DNA of 59,049 bases, counting the filler, from Barthelona sp. PAP020 (Eukaryota): the NCBI GenBank assembly GCA_040182905.1. It is 2 parts of 2 records of this genome, joined end to end, with 100 filler letters (N's around TTAATTAATTAA, not from the genome) between each part and the next. Parts side by side here need not be neighbours in the genome. Positions count along the whole stretch, not along the records: positions 29,576 to 59,049 come from JARQWU010000118.1; 1 more part is not named here. One strand, written 5' to 3'. The notes under the pieces were generated by a model, which worked only from the letters and a program-made list of their open reading frames with translations, did no database searches and was not told the origin of the DNA. The first letter of the stretch is position 1, and the number at the start of each line of letters is the position of its first letter. Both the position numbers and the translations under genes were made by a program. Positions 50,576 to 59,049 of this stretch are shown one piece after another.

Positions 50576-52276
50576 TTACAATTCTTTTTCAATAATTTCT
50601 TCTAATGATAAATTATTTTCAAGGATTTCTTCTTCTTTTACAAAAAAATTCTCTTGTTCAATTTGATCATTCTTTATTTCATTTTGGGCTTCAATTGGAG
50701 TTGAAAATATTTGTACAATGAATTCTGCAAGGGATAAGTCAGGGAAAAAATCAAATTGAAGTTCAGGATGCATTGCAAAGCCTTGTTCTATCAACCCTAT
50801 GGCAGCAGCCAGCATCACTGGTAAATCTGCTTTCAAGTGATTCAAATTTTCAACAAAATTCATCAGCTCATCGCCAAAATCTCCCAAACCTGTGATTGAA
50901 TGTTTGCCAAAATTCACCAAACCAATTGATTCTTCAATGGAATAAGCTCCAAAATCGGTAAAAAATAGATAACCAACATCTACTTGATTACATTCCCCTT
51001 CTAAACCACCAACAAATAAATTCAACAAGCAATTGTTTTGAAAACCAGATGTTAAAAAACCCTTGATCAATTGTCCATCTTGAATTCGTTTAATTCCCAA
51101 AGCTACCATTTGTTCAAGCTCCAAATGTTCAAAAAAATACTTCACATCCCCCACATCGATCTCAAAATTTGACGAATTCCAATAAGCTGTGGCACAGTAT
51201 GTTGAATGATATCGAATCAATGTATTAGAAGTGTCGCTCATTGCAACTAAAGCTGCCTCTTGATGTTCAAATCCTGGTAATTGCACGAGATTCAATGCTA
51301 ATTCTTCAATCGATTGATATTCCGTCTCAGGCCCGTTGATTAAAGTTAAGTAAAAAGAGTGAATGCCTAAAATGAAAATAAACTTCCAACAACACTGTTG
51401 AATTAGCAATTTTGTCTTTGCAATGATTTTTCGTTCCTTTTCAGATGTCAAATGAAGTCCTGAATCAACTATTTGCTGTGTTTGTACAGTAACAAACAAA
51501 TAATCATTCAAAAGGTTTTCAATAGCTGTGTCGATACTTGAAAACCGATATAAGAATTTAATTCCGTCTTCATCCTTGCTGAAAACAAAGTCTGAAAGAT
51601 CAATTGGATCTGTTTGAAAAGGCCACTCTTTTGAATATTTATATTTCGAAAAAATCGATTCAAATTCAACATCAAAATCGTTTTGATACTCACACAAAGC
51701 ACTATTCTCTGGAAAAACAGGAATATCTATTCCATTTGTTTCAGCGAATTGAATGGTATTCGCCAATGGCTCAATCAAACTCGTATTATCCAATATCCTT
51801 TTTGTAGCTTCAGTTAAAAACCATAGGGTTTTTATAGACTCATCAATAACCCTTGTATAATCAATGTTTTTATTGAATAAAAAAATTGGTAAATTTGAAT
51901 CTCTGTTGTCGATAACTTCATTCATTCTCAATACCCAACGATTAATTACATCAATATCAGAACGAAAATAATATTTCTTTTCTCCAATTACTATGGATAA
52001 AACACTTATATCAGATCCAATTTTCTCATGAAAAACTCTATTGATATCTTTTACTGCATACTCTCTATGTGCAGGTTGATTTTCATCTTCAAACCACAAT
52101 AAATACTTATCTGTTAAATAAACAATTCTTGTATCCCAATTTTTATTGAATAAATCCTTGTCAGCTCTTAATTTTTCAAAAGAATTTCGTAAAACAAACG
52201 ATTCAGGAGCAAATGTATCTTGACTACTTCCAATTTTTGCAAGTACACGTTGAAATTTTCGAAAAAATACCGACAT
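50576..52276 (-). CDS. PH-domain-containing protein
   Basis: KNWDTRIVYLTDKYLLWF...KKYYFRSD..VINRWV is a PH signature at the N-terminus; the rest is unrecognised. Confidence 0.75.
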   Translation of the reverse strand: MSVFFRKFQRVLAKIGSSQDTFAPESFVLRNSFEKLRADKDLFNKNWDTRIVYLTDKYLLWFEDENQPAHREYAVKDINRVFHEKIGSDISVLSIVIGEKKYYFRSDIDVINRWVLRMNEVIDNRDSNLPIFLFNKNIDYTRVIDESIKTLWFLTEATKRILDNTSLIEPLANTIQFAETNGIDIPVFPENSALCEYQNDFDVEFESIFSKYKYSKEWPFQTDPIDLSDFVFSKDEDGIKFLYRFSSIDTAIENLLNDYLFVTVQTQQIVDSGLHLTSEKERKIIAKTKLLIQQCCWKFIFILGIHSFYLTLINGPETEYQSIEELALNLVQLPGFEHQEAALVAMSDTSNTLIRYHSTYCATAYWNSSNFEIDVGDVKYFFEHLELEQMVALGIKRIQDGQLIKGFLTSGFQNNCLLNLFVGGLEGECNQVDVGYLFFTDFGAYSIEESIGLVNFGKHSITGLGDFGDELMNFVENLNHLKADLPVMLAAAIGLIEQGFAMHPELQFDFFPDLSLAEFIVQIFSTPIEAQNEIKNDQIEQENFFVKEEEILENNLSLEEIIEKEL

Positions 52277-52449
52277 TATACAAATAAAAAAGAAAATTAT
52301 ATAAAATTATATCATTCTTTCATGTTTTCATTCAATTTATATCATTTCAAAAATATGTTACAATATTTAAACAATTCTTTTTTTTAAAAAAAAAAGAAAT
52401 TTTTTCGTTTTATTGAAAAAAAAAAAAAATACTTTTAATTTAAATGAAT

Positions 52450-55400
52450 TCAATCTTCTTCATATTCAGGAAATAAAAGAAAACAAGAATTAAGTGTAAA
52501 TTTCAATATATTCACTTGATACATCTTCAAATCTTGAATTCTGGTGAAAACTTGATTGTCTTTGGCTTTCCTCTTTTGTTCAGCCAATTTAACTTCTTCA
52601 TACTGTTTTATTGCCTGAAAGAAATGTAATCCTTCAAACTTTTCCGTCAATCCCAAACTTCTTAACAAAAACGCAATCCCCAAAGCAAAACCATCTTCAG
52701 TGATAACACCTTTTGTAATGTTTCGCTTACTGTTGGAGACAACCACCTTGGAAGTTCCCATGAGCTTTTGAGTCTCATCATTCATGAAGTTGATGTGAGA
52801 AATTAGCAAGGCAGGCACAAAGATATAAAAATACTGAAGATGTTTGTGTTGTTCATTAGCCAACGTTTGCCCGGTGCCTTCAACGATGATTTGTAAAAAG
52901 TCTTTGGAATCAGTAAAAGTCTCTTGAAGACTGACCAATAATTCTTGAAGATTTTCAACAGCCTGTATTGTGTCTTGAGGAAGATTGTCTTCTCTTGCTT
53001 TTTCCACCAAATCAGGCAGCTGATCAAAATTTCTAACAAAAGAAAGTTGTAAAGCGCTTGACCTCAAATCACCAGATCTCAACATTCTCAAATAACCCAG
53101 AGCATTACCAATTCTAGTGACAACTTCTCTAAACTTATCGATAAGGTTAATGTTGGAATGAGAACCCAATTTTTTAATTGTTTTACGCAATTCTTCAGCA
53201 CGAACATATGGATACACATTATCTAAGGATTTTCGATGCTGTTCAAACCAAGCAGCCTCTGTTTTTAAAGGTGACCTGACATAGTCGTCAAAAAGAAACT
53301 GTGAAATGATATTCAATCGATTCACAAGGAAAGTCCACACATAATAAACAGCAGTACTGACAATACCACTTCCATGAGTTTCAATTGAGCTAGAAATCTG
53401 CTCATTGGTAATTGTGTGAACATATCTATGTTCAGCAGAAATTCTTTCGATGAAAAATTGACAATGCAGGTTATAATGATAGTCTTTAACGAATAAATGT
53501 ATCTTACGCATGATTTCTAAAATATCTAATCCTCGATCAACTGTCTTTGCTGGTAACCAAGAATGAATTAGCTTCAAACCATATTTAAAATACGCCAAAT
53601 CTTCAAAATAAAGGTATGTATAGTATTGAGTTTGGCGGGATACGGTGTAGTCAAAAATATCTTGAGAAATCTTTTGTAATACTGCTAATTGAACAGATAA
53701 TGTCTTATCTCCGGGTAAAGGCAAATTCAAATGAACAAAAGAATTCAAAGTTGCTGTCTCTGCCGTATGAACAGTTGGAATAACAATACGTAAAGCTGTT
53801 GAAGCATGTATTCTTAAATCATCCTCAATTGCCAAATATAAAGGTGTGATGAATTCTGTATTGATTATTTCTTCAACGAATTCTTGATAATGTTTTGCGA
53901 GTTTCAATTCGTTGGTTTCAGCAACAGTTCCAAGATATAAACCATCCTTACAAGCGGAATAACTTCTTGAAATAAGTCTACAAACCCTTTCTAAATCAAA
54001 TGCAGAACTTTTATGGTCATTTTGTTTCCAAATATGCTTAAATAATGTGGGGAAATGATTACGTATGTAAAACATGTGATTTTGATTGCCCAAAATCTTT
54101 AATTTCTTTGAAAAATCCAACATAAATTTTACATTTGAGAATAATTTTGATAAATTTCTTTCTGCCCCTTTCAAAGAATCATTTGAAACAATAAGTTCAT
54201 ACGCCATTGATAATACTGACCGTGAATTCAAATCGTTTAACTTTAGCAAGTTGACAATCAATGCTGAAACGCAATCCAATAAATCAATGTCTTGGGACGT
54301 TGACTTACCAGCTTGATTCAAACGTTCATGATAAGGAAGCAAAACTTCGGTAATCATTTGTTGAACAGAAACAGAAATATGATAACCAAATGAAGTGTTA
54401 ATTTGATGCAAACGATCCTTTAATGCAATGTAAACCTCATCAGCATTGGCAAACATACGTACAATCCCAAGTAAACTATTAAGATTCATTGGTTTTTGTA
54501 AATATGTACAAAGCCCAATATACAACAATGCATGGTTCTTTAATGCAATAGAAAGTTCAAAACCTTCTTTCAAAAGATTAACAAGGTCATTACACTTTAG
54601 ATCCTTAAGATTTACACTACAAATTCTTGAGAGATATTGAGATGTCTGTAGATCAAAACGAGATATGTGAGTTGATGCCAATGAATCCAATTCCTTATAT
54701 TTGTTGAATAGAACTTGTCCAGCAGATTCTTGAAAACTGTTTTCACCACTAAGTCGACTCAAACAAACACTCAAAGAAAAATAGGTGGATCCACAAATGT
54801 GCCACAAAGGTTGAATTGTTTGAATTTGAAGAAAAACAGACAGGCGACCACTCAGCTTAGATTTGCTAATATCCAAATCATCACTGCTTTGACTGAGGGA
54901 TGTTCCTAAAAATAACAGACAAACGTTTGCAACCGCCTCTAAATAGGACATTGTGCAAACTTGCTGACATTTAGTGTACAAATAAGCACTCTTAGAGCCC
55001 AAATATTCATCTAAAGCATTTAACAAAGGATGTTTCTTGTTAAACCCAGTTGAGTACATTTCAGCTTTAACTTCAAATAAAAATTGTTGAAATAGATGTC
55101 CTTCCATCATATCTGCATCCATTTGTTGAACAACACGTTGTTGAACCATAGCTTGCTCAATAACAATGTTAAACCTTTCAGAATCACGGGCAGTCATATC
55201 AATAAGACCTGCAAAATGTTTCCAAGCCTCAAATTCTGCATTTTGAAGAATAAACTCGTCTGTGATCAACAACAAAGACAAACCACGAGCAATTGCTTCA
55301 AAGACTGTTGAAATTGATGTAAAGAAAGAACTGGAACGAGTCCTACCATCAATAGAAATAGAAAACCCCTTAGAATCATGATAAATTACCAATTGTAAAA

Positions 55401-55896
55401 TTAAAGACCTTAAAACACCACGTAAATGTCTTAAAAATGCCTGTAATTCTCTTAACCTTGCAAAAGATCGAGATATATATAATTCTCCCATACCTTCAAC
55501 CACATCTTCACTTTCATCAGCAAGAATACAATCAGGTTCACCAAAAACACTCAAAAAATTCATAAACCTATTATTATAAACATCATAAAGACGATTAATC
55601 TCAGTGGTAAGAACAGAAAACGTCAGAAAAACCTTATCTAAATGTGTAACAGTTGATTTAGAAGTATCAAATAAAGAAATTTGATTTAACCCATCAATTG
55701 AAGTCTCAATTAATGGTGTGTCTGATTCCCATAATTTATCTAATGAATGAGATAATGAATAGGAATAAGAATCTAACCTTTCAACAAATTCATTGATGAG
55801 AATGGACAAATTTTCAGTTTGAATTTCTGTATACGGTTGTTCGACATCATTAGGAGCTGATTTTTGTATGCCCCATGCTGAATAGAAATCGTCCAT
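52450..55896 (-). CDS. WASHC4: WASH complex subunit 4 (SWIP/KIAA1033)
   Basis: IEDDLRIH, GLDILEIMRKIHLFV..YHYNL..QFFIER, SSIETHGSGI, IGNALGYLRMLRSG, FYIFVPAL and EDGFALGIAFLL. Confidence 0.93.
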   Translation of the reverse strand: MDDFYSAWGIQKSAPNDVEQPYTEIQTENLSILINEFVERLDSYSYSLSHSLDKLWESDTPLIETSIDGLNQISLFDTSKSTVTHLDKVFLTFSVLTTEINRLYDVYNNRFMNFLSVFGEPDCILADESEDVVEGMGELYISRSFARLRELQAFLRHLRGVLRSLILQLVIYHDSKGFSISIDGRTRSSSFFTSISTVFEAIARGLSLLLITDEFILQNAEFEAWKHFAGLIDMTARDSERFNIVIEQAMVQQRVVQQMDADMMEGHLFQQFLFEVKAEMYSTGFNKKHPLLNALDEYLGSKSAYLYTKCQQVCTMSYLEAVANVCLLFLGTSLSQSSDDLDISKSKLSGRLSVFLQIQTIQPLWHICGSTYFSLSVCLSRLSGENSFQESAGQVLFNKYKELDSLASTHISRFDLQTSQYLSRICSVNLKDLKCNDLVNLLKEGFELSIALKNHALLYIGLCTYLQKPMNLNSLLGIVRMFANADEVYIALKDRLHQINTSFGYHISVSVQQMITEVLLPYHERLNQAGKSTSQDIDLLDCVSALIVNLLKLNDLNSRSVLSMAYELIVSNDSLKGAERNLSKLFSNVKFMLDFSKKLKILGNQNHMFYIRNHFPTLFKHIWKQNDHKSSAFDLERVCRLISRSYSACKDGLYLGTVAETNELKLAKHYQEFVEEIINTEFITPLYLAIEDDLRIHASTALRIVIPTVHTAETATLNSFVHLNLPLPGDKTLSVQLAVLQKISQDIFDYTVSRQTQYYTYLYFEDLAYFKYGLKLIHSWLPAKTVDRGLDILEIMRKIHLFVKDYHYNLHCQFFIERISAEHRYVHTITNEQISSSIETHGSGIVSTAVYYVWTFLVNRLNIISQFLFDDYVRSPLKTEAAWFEQHRKSLDNVYPYVRAEELRKTIKKLGSHSNINLIDKFREVVTRIGNALGYLRMLRSGDLRSSALQLSFVRNFDQLPDLVEKAREDNLPQDTIQAVENLQELLVSLQETFTDSKDFLQIIVEGTGQTLANEQHKHLQYFYIFVPALLISHINFMNDETQKLMGTSKVVVSNSKRNITKGVITEDGFALGIAFLLRSLGLTEKFEGLHFFQAIKQYEEVKLAEQKRKAKDNQVFTRIQDLKMYQVNILKFTLNSCFLLFPEYEED

Positions 55897-56164
55897 TGAA
55901 AAAATAAAAAAATCAACTTGACAGAATTTATGTTAAAAATCTTCAAGACCTTTTTAATTCTGAAGAAACGTTTAATTGAAATGACAAACAGCAAAAATCA
56001 AAAGAATTCAAAGAACATCAAAAAATATATATTTTATCCCAACAACGCATTTTTATGATGATATGAAAACATTTTTTCTTTAGGAAAAGAAAAAAAGAGA
56101 ATCAAAACATTACTGAAAAGTAAAATGAAAAAAGTCTTGTTATTTGTTTTTTCTGTTATTAGCT

Positions 56165-57610
56165 ATGGAAAATCAATCTGTATTGGATTTAACGGTTGAA
56201 AACATTATTTCAATGTATAATGAAGAACCAAAATCAAAGAAAGATGAGATTTTTAATGTTTTGTGTGAAGCACAAAGATGGGATTCTATTGTAAGCTTAA
56301 TTTTAAAAAAATGGATTCCTACCACTTTGTTGGAAAAACATGCTCATGAAGAATTACTGTTTCCAAATGATCAAGTAAAATTTTTATTTGATATTTTAGC
56401 ATCTAAAAATGTTATTGTTGAAAAGTTTGAAGAAACCCCTGTATTTAGGAAAAACATCTCCAATTCTTTTATTTATGCATTGGACTATAGTCCTGATGGA
56501 AGATATTTTGCAGTTTGTGGTTATGATAAAAAGTTGTCTGTATATTCTGTTGAAACCCATGAAGTTGTATTTACTGAAACATATATTAAAGCGATTGGTT
56601 TGAATTTCAGTCCTGATTCTAAACTTTTAGTACTTGGAGGGTATGAAAAGACCTTTTATGTGATTGAAGTTGACACATGGAGTACTGTAACAGTTGTACG
56701 TGATACGTGTAAGGATATCAAAGATATTTGGTTTTCACCGGATGGCCAATTGCTTTCTTTTGGAATGGAATCTGGTTGGATTGGTATCTATAATGTTGAT
56801 GGGACAAAAATTCATGAGTTTAGACCTTATTCATCGTACGTTAAAACTGTACGAATCAGTCCAGACATGCAATATTTTGCTGCCGTATGCAATGAAGGAA
56901 AATCTACACTTTTTTCACTTGAAGATTATGGAATTATTCATTCATGGGATCATGGAAATAGTAACCAAATTTGGGCAGGAAACTTTTCTCACAATGGGAA
57001 GTTTTGGTTGACTGGGGATAGTCATGGGGTTATACGTGTTTTTGATGTTATTTCAGGTGAAAAATTGTATGAATACCATATATACAATGAAAATAAATCA
57101 ATTTGGAGTATTGCTTTATCTTTTGACGATTCCATAATATATTCGTGTTGTAAAGACAAAAGCTTTACAATAGTTCGCTTGAATACTGGGGAAATTCTCC
57201 AAAGGATTGAAACAAATACAGAACTTTACATAATGTCTTTAAATCATCAAGGAACAAGATTGTTGTGCAGTGGTAATAATGTCGCTGACATTTATGAGTA
57301 CGTTGGGAAAGACATAGCTCTTAAACATAACAAAAATATTTTTGAGTTATTTGTTGAGAATTGTTGTGAAATATCGAGATATTTTGTGGAAAACTATAAT
57401 AGTGGAGTTTTATCTGTGTTATTGGATGACATGTTTGCTGCGAAAAACACAAAACTAATCCGAATTCTTGTTGCCAATGGACTATGGGCAGATCCTCTTG
57501 AATATCCTTTTGTAATGAATAATGCCTTCGATCTGTATCAGATCAACTTGAACTCTGGTGGAAATTTAACAATGTTTGATCTTGAAGAAGACTCATCAGA
57601 TGATGACTAA
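56165..57610 (+). CDS. WD40-repeat protein with N-terminal helical segment, C-terminal 'SGGN' module and acidic tail
   Basis: About 7 WD40 repeats (YSPDGRYF, FSPDSK, FSPDGQ, FSHNGK). C-terminus LVANGLWADPLEY...INLNSGGNL...EEDSSDDD. ATG at 56165. Confidence 0.9.
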   Translation: MENQSVLDLTVENIISMYNEEPKSKKDEIFNVLCEAQRWDSIVSLILKKWIPTTLLEKHAHEELLFPNDQVKFLFDILASKNVIVEKFEETPVFRKNISNSFIYALDYSPDGRYFAVCGYDKKLSVYSVETHEVVFTETYIKAIGLNFSPDSKLLVLGGYEKTFYVIEVDTWSTVTVVRDTCKDIKDIWFSPDGQLLSFGMESGWIGIYNVDGTKIHEFRPYSSYVKTVRISPDMQYFAAVCNEGKSTLFSLEDYGIIHSWDHGNSNQIWAGNFSHNGKFWLTGDSHGVIRVFDVISGEKLYEYHIYNENKSIWSIALSFDDSIIYSCCKDKSFTIVRLNTGEILQRIETNTELYIMSLNHQGTRLLCSGNNVADIYEYVGKDIALKHNKNIFELFVENCCEISRYFVENYNSGVLSVLLDDMFAAKNTKLIRILVANGLWADPLEYPFVMNNAFDLYQINLNSGGNLTMFDLEEDSSDDD

Positions 57611-58767
57611 TTTATGGTTTCCATCATACAATTATCTTCAGTTGAATTTTACATTTTTTTGCTGAAATCTCTTTTACATTTGAAATGTGAGGTATAATTT
57701 GAGTTTACTGTGAATAATTATCTTTTTTCTGTTTTCATTATAAAAATTTGTGTCATTTTCAAAAGAAAAATTTTTTGTTCATTGATTCTTATGTTGCCAA
57801 AAATTGTTGTTTTGTTATTTATAACATAAATTTCTTTCATACCTTGTGCATAGCTTGTCTTGCAGAACATTCAAATCATTTTTAAACACCCAATGGTTTA
57901 TATATTCCATTTGGTGCGGTACTATCACTTCAATCAATCTAGACAACTTCTATGATATTCAAAAGAAGTTATTGAGGCTGTGATAATTATTGTTCTTTCT
58001 TTTCAGGGGTTCAATTTTCTGATACAATGCAATTAGCATGTGAAAGATGTTCAAATAATACCATTAAAATGGATTCAATCACTTATTCCAATGAACCTCA
58101 TCACAAATAGTTAAAAGTACGAGTGTTGCCCTTTGTTTCTGTTCTTCTTGTTATGCATTTGTATCCTAACAAGCACATAATTGTTGTATTTTACTTTACA
58201 TCTGAAACTAATTGGGTGTGATTAATAGGCAGATTTTGTTGATTCATTCAATGATGAAAGTGTTTTTGTATCATTCTGTTCTCGTTTATTCATGATTTTA
58301 CTTCTTTTTTTAATTTTCATGAGACTCAAAAAGAGATTTTCTATTGGGTCTTCGAACAAATAAAATGGTCAAAAAACGTTCATTTATAAAAGGCGTTGGA
58401 ATTACTATATTTTATTATTTGAATTCATTCAGATATGATTACTTGACTTTTTCCTTTCTTAGAAATGAAAATAAATTCTATATGTAAAAGATTCCACAAG
58501 TTGGGAAATTGGGAAATGCCTTTATTTATAGACGGGATATCAGCCCAATGAGAAAGTTTAATCCATACCATTGCTTTCCTAACTCAACCTAGTCTTAAAA
58601 ACTCTTTTCTTTTTGACATTTTTCAAATTGTTCACTCTTCATTGTGAAGGAAAATTTCGACACGGTTTTGAAAGAAATAAATGAATGATTAAATTCTTTA
58701 CATGAAAAATAATTGAAATTGGAGTCCTTTTGTTGTTTAGTTTTTTTCCTTGTTGAAACAACTAAAA

Positions 58768-59049
58768 ATGACAACAACAGAGATTATAAGTAATAATTTT
58801 GAACAACAACAAAAAGTATTAAAATTGATCAATCTTAAAAATGTAACCACTCCAGTATGGTTGAAGAAGGTTCCAAGAATTAAAGATTTTGAAAAGGATG
58901 AAATAGATTTTGAATCATCACAAAGATTGATATCCACACAAAATATTCCTGAATTGACTAATATTCAAGATGATATTTTTAATATGCCATTGAAAAAGTA
59001 TTTACAACGTAATTTCAAACATGAATTTTGTAAAAAGATATTTGATTCA
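58768..59049 (+). CDS. 5' part of an unidentified gene running off the window end
   Basis: ATG at 58768 after a T-rich tract; 94 codons open to the end (MTTTEIISNNFEQQQKVLKLINLK...). Confidence 0.6.
   Translation, partial: MTTTEIISNNFEQQQKVLKLINLKNVTTPVWLKKVPRIKDFEKDEIDFESSQRLISTQNIPELTNIQDDIFNMPLKKYLQRNFKHEFCKKIFDS

Noticed and set aside
3470..52276. TAAA overlapping several stop codons as a Trichomonas-like polyadenylation signal
   Set aside because: Seen in some genes but absent in others; the frequency is compatible with chance at this AT content without 3'-end data.
1..59049. Alternative genetic code, tRNA/rRNA genes, transposases, prokaryotic operons
   Set aside because: Conserved genes end properly at TAA, TAG and TGA with no internal stops. 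I saw no tRNA/rRNA or transposase signatures. TTG/GTG starts in the ORF track are artefacts and were corrected to ATG.

Overview
AT-rich, very gene-dense eukaryotic (protist) genomic DNA in the standard genetic code. It holds about 31 protein-coding genes and only three detectable short spliceosomal introns (39, 40 and 106 nt), each with a CTAA branch motif close to the 3' AG. An artificial 100-nt joint (44 N + TTAATTAATTAA + 44 N, 29476-29575) splits the window, so the two halves need not be truly adjacent. Recognisable genes: La, Src1/Man1, GLTP, eEFSec, SUMO protease, eL42 (missed by the ORF track), eIF3c, OSCP1, a bacterial-type MBL hydrolase, Dcp1, Utp5/WDR43, AFG2B, VAMP7, fimbrin (cut by the gap), a giant Cys-rich/TRP-like membrane protein, a bacterial-type cis-prenyltransferase, a kinase-ankyrin protein, Vps18 and WASHC4. 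The best candidate for an undescribed system is three dispersed beta-propeller genes sharing four copies of a helical 'G-h-x-h-x3-E[YC]...N-x2-[NS]GGN-h' module that I do not recognise. Also notable: eL42 with Glu at the cycloheximide-site Pro, selenocysteine machinery, a kinase-ankyrin array varying at binding-face positions, a VAMP7 lacking the zero-layer Arg, and an interleaved inverted-repeat block. Genome architecture suggests a metamonad-like flagellate, but that is inference only. All family calls come from motif recognition by eye, without database searches.
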